From: Vicinamibacterales bacterium
GTDB taxonomy: Bacteria > Acidobacteriota > Vicinamibacteria > Vicinamibacterales > UBA8438
NCBI GenBank assembly: GCA_965116825.1
Contig: OZ220736.1
Span: 5,435,888 to 5,499,887, forward strand
Length of the DNA stretch: 64,000 nt
Direction of reading: 5' to 3'
Shown: piece by piece, positions 19,972 through 29,723 of the stretch
Layout: every line of letters starts with the position of its first letter
Numbering within the stretch: the stretch's first letter is position 1
Translations under genes and position numbers: made by a program
Notes under the pieces: generated by a model
Seen by the model: the letters and a program-made list of their open reading frames with translations, nothing else
Databases searched by the model: none
What the model was told of the DNA's origin: nothing

Positions 19972-20778
19972 TCAGGCGGCTTCCAGCGTCCGGCGCGGCA
20001 GGCGATACCACGCGACTCGGCCGGATTCGATCAGCTCGGCAATCCGATCGTCGACCCGCAGGCTCGCCACGGCCGGGCGGCAGCCGGTCCCGGTGAAGCG
20101 GGCGACCAGCTCGGCGTTACGCATCGCCCGGGCCGTGTCCCGGCCGTTCGCCGTGTAGGACACCTCCAGGGCCACGTACACCGTCGCGCCCCGATCGTCC
20201 TCCGCCTCGAACACCAGATCGGCCTGCAGATAGCTGTCTATCGCGCCGTCGCCCATGTCGGCGCCGGCCTCCGCGGCGAGATCGAACAACTGCTCGCCGT
20301 CGAGCACCCGGCGGCGCCGCAACCCCATGGAGCGCGCTATCAACCCGAGGTTGCGTTCGGCTGCGTTCCGTGCGTGGGCTCCCTTGAGCACGCCCAGATC
20401 GTCTCGTATCGACTTGAATTGCCGGTTCGTCGCCGCGACGAAATCATGCATCTCGGCCTTGAACGCCTTCGTCTCCGCAACGAAGGTTGTCATCTCCGCC
20501 ACGAACTTCGCCATCTCTTCCCGGAACGCCTTCGTCTCCGCAACGAACGCCGTCATCTCCTCACGAAACGCCTTCGCCTCCGCAACGGACGTTTCCATCT
20601 CCTCGCGGAACGCCTTCGTCTCCGCTACGAACGCCCGCGTCTCGGCAACGAACGCGGAGAATTCCGACGGCAGATCGAGCAGCTCGCGCGACAGCAGGCG
20701 CGCGCGCACCGCCTCGCGCCAGTCCGGATGGTCGTCGAGCACGCGAACGAGATCTTCGATGGTGTCGATGCGAATCAT
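19972..20778 (-). CDS. Conserved hypothetical: N-terminal HPDWRE helix, heptad-repeat coiled coil, C-terminal PD-(D/E)xK-like module
   Basis: 268-aa ORF. LDDHPDWREAVRARLLSRELLDLP, then about 11 heptads (FVAETKA/FREEMxx), then ADLVFEAEDDRGATVYVALEVSYTANGRDTARAMRNAELV. From memory this resembles small repeat-plus-nuclease-fold proteins of Thermus, Chloroflexi and cyanobacteria. Function unknown. Confidence 0.65.
   Translation of the reverse strand: MIRIDTIEDLVRVLDDHPDWREAVRARLLSRELLDLPSEFSAFVAETRAFVAETKAFREEMETSVAEAKAFREEMTAFVAETKAFREEMAKFVAEMTTFVAETKAFKAEMHDFVAATNRQFKSIRDDLGVLKGAHARNAAERNLGLIARSMGLRRRRVLDGEQLFDLAAEAGADMGDGAIDSYLQADLVFEAEDDRGATVYVALEVSYTANGRDTARAMRNAELVARFTGTGCRPAVASLRVDDRIAELIESGRVAWYRLPRRTLEAA
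20428..20658. repeat. Imperfect 21/42-bp in-frame tandem repeat (coding heptads)
   Basis: Recurring gaacgccttcgtctccgc(a/t)acgaa units encode AFVAETK/AFREEM heptads, aa 41-117 of the 19972-20778 CDS. Confidence 0.7.
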
Positions 20779-21105
20779 GGCTCCAATCCATGCACGTTCC
20801 GGGCCAACGCCGAGTACGGGAACCCGGCCCGGTCCGCCGGGGATCGTACCAGCAACTCGAGAAAGCGTCGACCATCTCGCTGCGGCAAAACGTCAACGCG
20901 CGTCGGCGTGCCCGACGCTTGCGCTCCGCCTGTCGGGATCGAGGTCACTTGCCGACGGCTCCGGATTCTTGACACACGCTCGAAGAGCGGGATACGTCCT
21001 GCTCGGGCTGACTCTGCAAACCGTACCGCGAGGCGACGGGCAGCCGGCGCACGGCGGCGTGCAGGCCCGGACCCAGGCGCCGCCCGCGTCGCAAGAAGCG
21101 CTCGG

Positions 21106-21855
21106 CTACGTGCCGTCTTCCCGCTCCAGGATCAGGGTCGCGAACGGCACTTCCCGGACATCCGCCGGGAGGTCCTCGATGCGGCCGATCGGCTCGTGCG
21201 GCGTGACGTCCGCGTCGCGGGCGGTGAACGTCGTACCGCGGTCCGTGCCCGCGTCGTAGCCGATGAGGTCCGTCTCGATCCGCGGCGCCCAGCACCCGCC
21301 GTCCCGCAGGGCGAGCCCGTCGACGCCGACGAACCAGTCCGGGCTGGGCGCGATCATCGACACGAGGGTCAGGAACGGGAACTCCTCGTCGACGTCGAAA
21401 CTCAGCGTGACCGTGCCGGGCGACCGAAAGGAGCCCTCCTGCCCCCGGAAGCAACCGCCGGCACGGCCGCGGCCGACCTCGGCCTGCACCTCGTTGCAGA
21501 ACGTGGCGACGCCCCCGGTCTCGGCCATGATCTCGATGCCGTCGGTGGCGATGCCGCCGCTGCTCCAGAACGAGAGTTCCTCGACGTGGGTGGTGCCCAC
21601 CACGCGGGAGAAGTGCGCGCCGGACGGAAACGGCGGCGCACCACCGTGAGACGTCGCGTTCCAGGTCGCCCTGAACGTCACGCCGTACGTCGCCGACGCG
21701 GAGCACTCCCCCGTCGATTCGGGAGGCGACACCGGGGCGGTCGGGGCGACCGGCGCCTCGTCGCCGTTGCCGCAGCCGGTCCATCCGGCCGCGCAGGTTC
21801 CGACGATCAAGGCAATCAACAGCCTGCTTCGCACGAGATCCACTGCGCCAACCAA
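21106..21855 (-). CDS. Spondin_N-domain lipoprotein
   Basis: 249-aa ORF. Lipobox AAGWTGC. YGVTFRATWNATSHGG...FPSGAHFS...MIAPSPDWFVGVDGLAL is the spondin N-terminal (reeler-like) signature. Confidence 0.75.
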   Translation of the reverse strand: MVGAVDLVRSRLLIALIVGTCAAGWTGCGNGDEAPVAPTAPVSPPESTGECSASATYGVTFRATWNATSHGGAPPFPSGAHFSRVVGTTHVEELSFWSSGGIATDGIEIMAETGGVATFCNEVQAEVGRGRAGGCFRGQEGSFRSPGTVTLSFDVDEEFPFLTLVSMIAPSPDWFVGVDGLALRDGGCWAPRIETDLIGYDAGTDRGTTFTARDADVTPHEPIGRIEDLPADVREVPFATLILEREDGT

Positions 21856-21927
21856 TCGTCGCCTGCGGCTCCGCTTGCCGCCCGAGCAACCCTCCGGTAG
21901 TCCGCAACCAGGCTGCGGTGCTGCCCC

Positions 21928-23355
21928 TTACGGCGCCAACCGGCGGATGACGCCGTCGTGCTTGTTGAGCAGGAAGATCCGGCCGCCGGGTCCGGTGTCC
22001 AGGCGCACATCCGCACGGTCGACCGGCGCGCGCCCCTGAAGCATGTTCTTCTCCCGGATCATCTGCAGAAACGTCTTCGTCTCACCCTCGTGCACGAACA
22101 GGACGCGCCGCATCGCGTCCTGGCCTCCCGTGGGCAGGTCGTCGGCTGAGAAGTAGAAGACCTCGCCGCTGGGTCCGTCGCCGAAGAGCACCAGGTTCTC
22201 TAGCTGCGGAACCGCGGCGTCCCGATAGACGAGCAGGCCGGTGGCCATGGAGCGGCTCTGGAGGAGCGGATCGAGCTGGCCGTACTCCACCACGGGGTAC
22301 GACAACCCGGCCTCGCCGCGCGGATCGACCAGGCTGACCGCCCGGCGGCTGATGAAGCGGAAGCTCCCCTCCCAGTCGTTCCAGCCCAGGTTGCCGCCGC
22401 GCGGCACGAGGCTTATCTCCTCGACGATGTTCTGGCCGATGTCCGCCAGGAACAGGTTGCCGTTCCGCTCGTCCCAGGCGAAACGCTGGGGATTGCGCAC
22501 GCCGTAGGCGTAGATCTCGGCGAGGGTGCCGGGGTCCCCGTCCCCCGCGAAGGGGTTGTCGGCGGGGATGCCGTACTGCCCGTTGGCGCCGTTCGAGCCG
22601 AGCGGGTCGATGCGCAGGACCTTGCCCAGGATCGAGCCGAGGTTCTGGGCGAAGTCGAGCGGATCGCCGCCGCTGCCGCCGTCCGCCGATCCGATATAGA
22701 GAAGACCGAAGTCGGGATCCCCCGGCGCCGCGAGTGGATTGAAGCCGAGCTGTCCCCCGTTGTGGTTGCGGAACGGCTGCTCCACGCGCAGCAGCTCGCG
22801 CGGCGGGCCGCCGTCGTAGACCGAGGCCGTCGGGTCCGCGGCGGTCCACTCGAGCAGGATCGTGTCCTGCGCGTCGCCCCCCCCGTTCGGCACGAAGTCC
22901 GCCGGCGGGGCCGTGTTGCTCGTATCGGTGTAGGTGTAGAGCTTGCCGAAGCCCGGCGTGCCGGGCTGGCCGAACTGCGGGTGCACGGCGAAGCTCTGGA
23001 ACCCGCGCTCGCGGCGGGACGCCTCGACGTCGACGCCCCAGCGCGCCTCCCGGAGGTCGAGATACCGCGTGACCGTCTCCCCGTCGTAGCTGACGGTGTA
23101 GACGAGTCCCCACATGTCGCTCACGAAGAGACGTTCCGTGCCCGGCTCGTCGACCAGCCGCATCATCCGCGGCGATTCGCCGTCGAGGAACGGCAACGAA
23201 GCGAACTCGACGACGCCGACCCTGATGACGCCGTCGCTCGCCGGAATCGGGTCGGGAAACGGGTCGTTGGTGGTCTGCCCGGCAACGGGCAACGCGGCCA
23301 GCACCAGCACTGCCGCCGCACCGCAACGCATGCCCGTGGCGTGTAGTGTCTCCAT
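21928..23355 (-). CDS. PQQ-dependent sugar dehydrogenase (soluble GDH / HHIP-like beta-propeller)
   Basis: FRNHNGGQLGFNP...LLYIGSADGG...GKVLRIDP...IPADNPF...EIYAYGVRNPQRFAWD...LFLADIGQNIVEEI...GGNLGWN motifs. Possible starts at ATG 23355 or 23331 (MRCGAAAVLVLAALPVAGQ signal). Confidence 0.8.
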   Translation of the reverse strand: METLHATGMRCGAAAVLVLAALPVAGQTTNDPFPDPIPASDGVIRVGVVEFASLPFLDGESPRMMRLVDEPGTERLFVSDMWGLVYTVSYDGETVTRYLDLREARWGVDVEASRRERGFQSFAVHPQFGQPGTPGFGKLYTYTDTSNTAPPADFVPNGGGDAQDTILLEWTAADPTASVYDGGPPRELLRVEQPFRNHNGGQLGFNPLAAPGDPDFGLLYIGSADGGSGGDPLDFAQNLGSILGKVLRIDPLGSNGANGQYGIPADNPFAGDGDPGTLAEIYAYGVRNPQRFAWDERNGNLFLADIGQNIVEEISLVPRGGNLGWNDWEGSFRFISRRAVSLVDPRGEAGLSYPVVEYGQLDPLLQSRSMATGLLVYRDAAVPQLENLVLFGDGPSGEVFYFSADDLPTGGQDAMRRVLFVHEGETKTFLQMIREKNMLQGRAPVDRADVRLDTGPGGRIFLLNKHDGVIRRLAP

Positions 23356-23535
23356 GTAGGCTCCTGACGCCATACGGCCCGGCATTACTATATTCGGGAG
23401 GCGCGCGGGCAGCCGCCCCCCGCCTCGCACAGCGGCCCCGCCGCCCGCTCGCCGTCGATGCAAATCGGCCTCCCCGGCCACGCAGAAAGGAGCCGCCCGT
23501 CCTTCGCGGCGTGGCGGCGAGGCGTTCCGAAGAAA

Positions 23536-24459
23536 CTACCGGCCGTCGAAGACGTACTGCATAGTCGTCCGCAGGCTCTGCTCCGGCGCCGCGAAGTCGC
23601 TGTACTCGTCGGGCACGCGGTAGGCGGCAACCACCTCTTCCACCGAACGGCCGGCGGTCTTGCCGTTCTGCGCCTTGCTCACCACGTCGTTGTAGAACGC
23701 GCTGAAGTCGACGAACTCGGCCCAGGCGACCGGCGTTGGGTTGTGGCCCGGGATGACGGTGTCGACGCCGGCGATGCCGGCCACCGCCTTGCGCAGCGTG
23801 GAGCCGAACTCGGTGGCGCTGCCGTTGCCGTTGGCGACGTCGATGAAGGGCAGGCCCTTGCGCTGGAACATGTCGCCGGTGTGCAGGGTGCGCGCCGCCG
23901 TGAAGACGACGAAGGTGTCGCCGTCGGTGTGACCGCGGCCGAAGTGGTAGAGGTCGATCTGATCGGCGCCGGCGAACAGCGACATCCGGTCGGAGTAGGT
24001 CGTCTGCGGCAGGTACTTCGCGTTGTCGCCCTTGAACGCGTCGCAGTTGGTCACCGGCTCGCAGGTGTCGCGCGCCATCTGGGCGCGCGTGTTCTCGTGC
24101 ACCACGAAGTTCACGGTGTCGGGCAGCTCGGTGTTGCCGCCGCTGTGGTCGAAGTGGGTGTGGGTGTTGATCACCGTGGTGATCGGCTTGCCGGTGACGC
24201 CGGCCACGTGGTCGATGATGTCCTGCCCGTAGCCGTTGATCTTGGTGTCGACCAGCGCCACGCCGTCCGCCATGACCCAGATCGCGGTGTTTCCGCCGCC
24301 ACCCATGCCCTGCACCGTCGAGGCGTTGGCCAGCATGTAGAGGTTGTCGGTGATCGTCTGGACCTCGAGCGCCGCCCGCTCCTGACGCGCCTCGTAGGTC
24401 ACGGCGGTCAGCAACACGCCGGTCAGCGTCAGGATTCCCAGGCTCAAGCTGCGTCTCAT
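23536..24459 (-). CDS. MBL-fold metallo-hydrolase, secreted
   Basis: INTHTHFDHSGGN (HxHxDH), later GHTDGD and PGHNP. Start at ATG 24457-24459 (MRRSLSLGILTLTGVLLTAV). Confidence 0.85.
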   Translation of the reverse strand: MRRSLSLGILTLTGVLLTAVTYEARQERAALEVQTITDNLYMLANASTVQGMGGGGNTAIWVMADGVALVDTKINGYGQDIIDHVAGVTGKPITTVINTHTHFDHSGGNTELPDTVNFVVHENTRAQMARDTCEPVTNCDAFKGDNAKYLPQTTYSDRMSLFAGADQIDLYHFGRGHTDGDTFVVFTAARTLHTGDMFQRKGLPFIDVANGNGSATEFGSTLRKAVAGIAGVDTVIPGHNPTPVAWAEFVDFSAFYNDVVSKAQNGKTAGRSVEEVVAAYRVPDEYSDFAAPEQSLRTTMQYVFDGR

Positions 24460-24554
24460 CTCTCTGCTACTCCCCTTCCGGCGCCGGATGCGGCGCTCCG
24501 CGAAACTATACTTGCTTCCGGGCTCAAAGCCAGACTCGCGCACGGGAGATCACC

Positions 24555-26171
24555 ATGTATCGACAGCGACCGACGACGACACGCACCCGAGGGTTCCTGC
24601 TGGCGTTCGCCGCGGCCCTGTTCGCGGCGCCTCTGGCCGCCCAGGACGACGGACCGTACGACCTGCTCATCCGCGGCGGCCGGGTGGTCGACGGGACCGG
24701 GAACCCCTGGGTGCGCGCCGACGTCGCGGTACGCGGCGACCGCATCGCACGCATCGGCCACCTGCCGGACGCCACCGCGGATCGCATCGTCGACGCCGAC
24801 GGGCTGGTGGTGGCGCCGGGGTTCGTCGACCCGCACACGCACGCGGTACGCGGCATCTTCGACGTGCCCACCGCCGACAACTACCTGCTGCAGGGCGTGA
24901 CGACGCTGACCGAGGGCAACGACGGCAGCTCGCCGTGGCCGATCGGCGGGCACCTGGAGCGGATTGCGGAGCTCGGCATCAGCCCGAACTGGGGCGTCTT
25001 CGCCGGCCAGGGGACGATCCGCCGCGAGGTCATCGGCAGCGAGGACCGCGATCCGACCCGCGACGAGCTCGACCGGATGCGGACGCTCGTCGCCGAGGCG
25101 ATGGAACAGGGGGCCTTCGGCCTGTCCACGGGCCTGTTCTACGTCCCCGGCAGCTTCACCTCCACCGAGGAGGTCATCGCGCTCTCCCGCGTCGCGGCCG
25201 CGCACGGCGGCATCTACATCTCGCACATGCGCGACGAGGCGCTGCTGTTGCTCGACTCGGTGCGCGAGACCATCCGCATCGGCGAGGAGGCCGGCATTCC
25301 GGTGCAGATGACCCACCACAAGGCGATCAGCCGCGACATGTGGGGCCGCAGCGCCGACAGCCTGGCCCTGGTCGACGCCGCGCGGTCGCGGGGGGTCGAC
25401 ATCACCATCGATCAGTACCCCTACACCGCCTCGCAGACCGGGATCACGGCGGTGGTGCCGCAGTGGGCGCAGGCCGGCGGGACGCAGGAGCTGATCGCGC
25501 GGCTGCAGGACCCGGAGACGCGCCGGCGCATCCGCGGAGAGATCGTCTACCGCATCGAGCACGACCGCGGGGGCGGCGATCCGGCGAACATCGTCATCGG
25601 TCTGTGCGAATGGGACCGCTCGCTGGAGGGCAAGAGCCTGGCCGACATCCTGGCCGAGCGCGAGATCGAGGTGACCGTGGCCAACGCCGCCGACCTGGTC
25701 ATGGAGATCGTCGAGCGCGGCGGCGCCCGCGCCATCTACCACGCGATGGACGAGGCGGACGTCGAGCGCATCATGCAGCACCCGGCCACCGCCATCGGCT
25801 CGGACGGCGGCGTGTCGGTGTTCGGTGCCAGCGTGCCCCACCCGCGCGAGTACGGCACGTTCGCCCGCGTCCTCGGCCGCTACGTGCGCGAGCGGGGCGT
25901 GCTGACGCTGGAGCAGGCGGTGCGCAAGATGAGCGGCGCCACCGCCGCGCGGCTCGGCCTGCAGGACCGGGGATTGCTGCGCGAGGGCTTCTTCGCCGAC
26001 ATCGCGGTCTTCGATCCCGAACGCGTCATAGACCGGGCGACCTTTCCGGAACCGCACCAGTATTCCGAAGGGGTCGAGTACGTGGTGGTCAACGGCGCGC
26101 TGGTCGTGGAAGGCGGCGAGCACACGGGCGCGCGCCCGGGCCGCGTGCTCTACGGCCCGGGCCGGCGCTGA
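24555..26171 (+). CDS. N-acyl-D-amino-acid deacylase (D-aminoacylase) family amidohydrolase, secreted
   Basis: 538-aa ORF with a signal peptide. DLLIRGGRVVDGTGNPW...APGFVDPHTH...GVTT...GLSTGLFYVPG...HMRDE...QMTHHK...DQYPYTAS...GSDG is typical of the family. Confidence 0.85.
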   Translation: MYRQRPTTTRTRGFLLAFAAALFAAPLAAQDDGPYDLLIRGGRVVDGTGNPWVRADVAVRGDRIARIGHLPDATADRIVDADGLVVAPGFVDPHTHAVRGIFDVPTADNYLLQGVTTLTEGNDGSSPWPIGGHLERIAELGISPNWGVFAGQGTIRREVIGSEDRDPTRDELDRMRTLVAEAMEQGAFGLSTGLFYVPGSFTSTEEVIALSRVAAAHGGIYISHMRDEALLLLDSVRETIRIGEEAGIPVQMTHHKAISRDMWGRSADSLALVDAARSRGVDITIDQYPYTASQTGITAVVPQWAQAGGTQELIARLQDPETRRRIRGEIVYRIEHDRGGGDPANIVIGLCEWDRSLEGKSLADILAEREIEVTVANAADLVMEIVERGGARAIYHAMDEADVERIMQHPATAIGSDGGVSVFGASVPHPREYGTFARVLGRYVRERGVLTLEQAVRKMSGATAARLGLQDRGLLREGFFADIAVFDPERVIDRATFPEPHQYSEGVEYVVVNGALVVEGGEHTGARPGRVLYGPGRR

Positions 26172-26180
26172 TCGCGCGCG

Positions 26181-27833
26181 TCAATCCTGCGGCGGCTCGA
26201 GCTGCGGATACTCGATGCCGAGCTGCTCCAGGTAGGTGTCGTAGCGCGTCTCGTCGTAGTACAGCTCCTCGAGCTGCGGCTTGAAGCGCTCCATGATGTC
26301 ACGGTTCAGCCAGATCGCCGGCTCGTCCTCGGGGCGCAGGAACGTCGTGTACTGCCGGTCCTTCGTCTGGTTGGCGAAGTAGTCCTGCGCCTGCTGCACC
26401 AGCTCCGGCCGCAGCAGGAAGTTGAGCAGGGTCAGCGCCTGGACCTTCGCCCCGGCGGTCGATCCCTTGTGGGCGATGGGCGTGGCCATGGCGATGCTCT
26501 TGTTCCAGTTGTGACCCGCGCCGCCGGGGATGTTGGCCGGGAACCGCAGCGTGGCGGTCGGCACCACCCACGAGATGTCGCCGATGTCGTCCGAGCCGCC
26601 GCCGCGCCGCTCGTTGTCGGGAATACGCTCGGCGCCGTTCAGCGCTTCCTGCGCGTCGGTCAGCAGGCCCTGCTCCTCCACGCCGAGCATCTTCTGCACG
26701 GCGCGGGCGAAACGCTGATCGTCCGCCGACCAGTCGGGCATGCCGACCTGCTGGATGTTGTCGAACATCGTTTCGGCAATCACCCGGTTGTGGTGCTGCG
26801 GCCAGGCCGCGCCGAGCACGCGCGAGGTGACCGTGGTGTCGGTCATCTTCGCCGCGCCCTCGGCCATGGCGTCGCCGATGCGCCACATGCGCATGATGTT
26901 CTCGTAGTCGCTCTCGCGGAAGAAGTACCAGACGCTGGCGGTCGACGGCACCACGTTCGGCTGGTCGCCGCCGTCGCTGATGACGTAGTGCGAGCGCTGC
27001 TGGATGCGCAGGTGCTCGCGGCGGAAGTTCCAGCCGATGTTCATCAGCTCGACCGCGTCGAGCGCGCTGCGGCCGTTCCACGGATCGCCGGCGCCGTGCG
27101 CCGACTCCCCCTCGAAGGTGTACTCCACCGAGACCATCCCGTTGCCGCGGCTGTCGCCCCAGGCGGTCGTCATCGCGCTGCTGACATGGCTGTAGAGCAC
27201 GATGTCGACGTCGTCGAACACGCCGGCCCGGACGAAGAACGCCTTGCCGCCGAGCTGCTCCTCGGCGATGCCGGGCCAGATCAGGAGCGTGCCGTCGATG
27301 CCTTCCCGCTCCATGATCTCCTTCACGGCCAGCGCCGCCGCGATGTTCACCGCCTGCCCGGAGTTGTGCCCCTCGCCGTGGCTCGGCGCGCCCTCGATCT
27401 GCGGCTGGCGGTACGCCGCGCCCGGCACCTGCGACGACCTCGGGATGCCGTCGACGTCGCTGCCGAGCGCGATCACCGGTCGTCCCGAACCCCACCGCGC
27501 CAGCCAGGCACTCGGCATGCCCGCCGTCCCGAGCTCGATCTCGAAACCCTCCCGCTCGAGGATCCCGGTGAGGTAGCGCTGGGTCTCGAACTCCTGGAAG
27601 CCGAGCTCGCCGAAGCTGAACTGGCTGTCGATCATGCGCTGGATGAAGGCGCGGCGGCTATCTACGTCCTGGAGCACTTCGGCCTGGAGCTGCTCCAGCC
27701 GGTCGTCTGCCGCGGACTGCGACTCGGCGGCAGGGCGCGGCGCGGCCGCGGAAATGCCGGCCGTAGCGGCGGTTGAGACGACGGCCATGACGGCGACGGC
27801 GGCGACGATCGATCTCGAAAGCATGGAGTGCAC
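26181..27833 (-). CDS. M20-family amidohydrolase (AbgB-like), secreted
   Basis: 550-aa ORF with a signal peptide. FSFGELGFQEFETQRYL...ALGSDVDGIP...HGEGHNSGQ...ESAHGAGDPWNGRSALD...GGAGHNW motifs. Confidence 0.8.
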   Translation of the reverse strand: MHSMLSRSIVAAVAVMAVVSTAATAGISAAAPRPAAESQSAADDRLEQLQAEVLQDVDSRRAFIQRMIDSQFSFGELGFQEFETQRYLTGILEREGFEIELGTAGMPSAWLARWGSGRPVIALGSDVDGIPRSSQVPGAAYRQPQIEGAPSHGEGHNSGQAVNIAAALAVKEIMEREGIDGTLLIWPGIAEEQLGGKAFFVRAGVFDDVDIVLYSHVSSAMTTAWGDSRGNGMVSVEYTFEGESAHGAGDPWNGRSALDAVELMNIGWNFRREHLRIQQRSHYVISDGGDQPNVVPSTASVWYFFRESDYENIMRMWRIGDAMAEGAAKMTDTTVTSRVLGAAWPQHHNRVIAETMFDNIQQVGMPDWSADDQRFARAVQKMLGVEEQGLLTDAQEALNGAERIPDNERRGGGSDDIGDISWVVPTATLRFPANIPGGAGHNWNKSIAMATPIAHKGSTAGAKVQALTLLNFLLRPELVQQAQDYFANQTKDRQYTTFLRPEDEPAIWLNRDIMERFKPQLEELYYDETRYDTYLEQLGIEYPQLEPPQD

Positions 27834-27896
27834 GATGGTCCTCCTCGATACTTCGGTGCTCTGTAGACCTCGACAGACTCACGCGGAATGCGACCG

Positions 27897-29654
27897 TTAC
27901 TCTGGCGTGGCGAACACGAACAGCGTGTTCCCGTTGCTCGGCCGCAGCTCCGGCGTCAGCCGGTTGAACGCGCCCGAGGTCAGCGACCGGCCGGTGCTGA
28001 CCGCCACGTACTGCTTCCCGTCGACCGCATAGGTGATCGGGAAACCGGTCAGCGGCGATCCGAGGTTGATCTCCCAGAGCACCTCGCCGGTCTGGTGGTC
28101 GAAAGCGCGCAGGCGTCCGTTGTGGTCGCCGCCGAAGATCAGCCCGCCGCCGGTCGCCACCAGGGAGCTGGTCGCCGCCCGCTGCTCGTGCTTCCACAAC
28201 ACCGTCCCGGTCTCGGCCGAGATCGCCTGCACCGTACCCACCTGGTCGGTGCCGGGCGCGATCTGGCTACGCACGCCCAGGCCGTAGAGCGAGCCGTCGT
28301 TGGTCGCCATGATCCGGGCGCAGGCGTTGCGCAGCGGGAAGTACATGGTGTTGGTCAGCGGGCTGTAGGCGCCGGCCTCCCAGTCCTTGCCGCCCACCAG
28401 GGTCGGACAGGCGAAGACCTCCTGGCCCTCGGCGCGGAAGACCACCTCGGCGTTCTCGGACACCGCCCCGGTGGCGCCGTCGATGCCGCCCACGACGTTC
28501 TGGGCGATGGTCGGCGTCGCCCACAGGAACTCGCCGGTGGCGCGGTCGAGGGTGTAGACGATGCCCGTCTTGCCCGGGATGCCGGTCATCACCCGGCGCT
28601 CCTCGCCCGGCTGCAGTCGCGGGTTGATCCACTCGACGGCGGAGGGGTCCGGCCGCACGGCGGTGTCGACGAGCAGGCGCTCGAAGGGATGGTCGAGGTC
28701 CCAACTGTCGTTCAGATGCTGGTAGTACCAGACAATCTCGCCGGTGTCGGCGTCGAGGGCCAGCGTCGAGTTGTGGTAGAGGTGCTTCAGGTCCGCCCCG
28801 CCGATCAGGAACTTGGGCGCGGGCGAGGTGACCGAGGTGCCGATGTAGACGAGGTTGAGCTCCGGGTCGTAGCTGGGCACCATCCAGGCGCCGACGTGCT
28901 TGCGCTCCTCGAACGGCACGCCGCCCCAGCTCTCGTCGCCGGGCTCGCCGGGGGCCGGAATCGTCCGCCGCCGCCACAGCTCCTCGCCGGTCGTCGCGTC
29001 GTGCGCCACGATAACGCACGCGTTGGGCCCGCCCCGCGGCGTGCAGCCGCGGCCGGAGACGATCTTCCCGTCGGCGATGATCGGGCCGGAGCTCTGGTTG
29101 GCGGGGTTCACCCGGTAATCGAGGATCTGCGTCTCCCAGGCCAGCTCGCCGGTGGCCGCATCCAGAGCGAAGACGTAGTCGTCGCCGCTGGTGTCGATGA
29201 TGTGCGTACCGTAGATCGCCAGGTTGCGGTTGAGGTCGGTCAGTGCGCCGAGCATGTAGTCCTCGAGATCGTCCGGCCGGTCGCGACGGTACTCCCAGCG
29301 AACGTCGCCTGTGACGGCGTCGAGGGCCTGGATGACGTCCCGCGGGTTCGGCATGTACATCACGCCGCCGTAGACGAGCGGCGTCCCCTGCTGCAGCCCC
29401 GGTCCGAGGCCGCGCGACCAGACCATGCGGAGCTGCCCGACGTTGTCGCGGTCGATCTCGTCAAGCGGGCTGTAACCCCAGCCGTCGAGCGTCCGCCGCC
29501 ACATCAACCAGTCCCCGGGGGCCGGGTCCTGGAGCATGGCGTCGGTGACCGGCTCGATGTCGACGGACTGGGCGTGCAGCGGGGTTGAGGCGCATGCCGT
29601 CAGAATCGCCGCCAGCCCGCTGCACGTGACCTGCACCGATAGTGAAGCGCGCAT
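27897..29654 (-). CDS. PQQ-dependent dehydrogenase (8-bladed quinoprotein, methanol/ethanol-family-like)
   Basis: PGDWLMWRRTLDGWGYSPLDEIDRDNVGQLRMVWS, W-motif propeller repeats and WDLDH. Start at ATG 29652-29654 with a GGAGGAGG RBS 5 nt upstream (MRASLSVQVTCSGLAAILTACAS). The track ORF begins at 29684. Confidence 0.85.
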   Translation of the reverse strand: MRASLSVQVTCSGLAAILTACASTPLHAQSVDIEPVTDAMLQDPAPGDWLMWRRTLDGWGYSPLDEIDRDNVGQLRMVWSRGLGPGLQQGTPLVYGGVMYMPNPRDVIQALDAVTGDVRWEYRRDRPDDLEDYMLGALTDLNRNLAIYGTHIIDTSGDDYVFALDAATGELAWETQILDYRVNPANQSSGPIIADGKIVSGRGCTPRGGPNACVIVAHDATTGEELWRRRTIPAPGEPGDESWGGVPFEERKHVGAWMVPSYDPELNLVYIGTSVTSPAPKFLIGGADLKHLYHNSTLALDADTGEIVWYYQHLNDSWDLDHPFERLLVDTAVRPDPSAVEWINPRLQPGEERRVMTGIPGKTGIVYTLDRATGEFLWATPTIAQNVVGGIDGATGAVSENAEVVFRAEGQEVFACPTLVGGKDWEAGAYSPLTNTMYFPLRNACARIMATNDGSLYGLGVRSQIAPGTDQVGTVQAISAETGTVLWKHEQRAATSSLVATGGGLIFGGDHNGRLRAFDHQTGEVLWEINLGSPLTGFPITYAVDGKQYVAVSTGRSLTSGAFNRLTPELRPSNGNTLFVFATPE

Positions 29655-29723
29655 CTCAGCCTCCTCCAGCCGCGGAGTCAACACCAGAACCGCAAAATGT
29701 CGACTCCTCCAGTGGACTCTGGT

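Noticed and set aside
20428-20658. Possible CRISPR-like or intergenic repeat array.
   Set aside because: The repeats are contiguous with no spacers, have a 21/42-bp period, and lie in frame inside a good ORF where they encode heptads.
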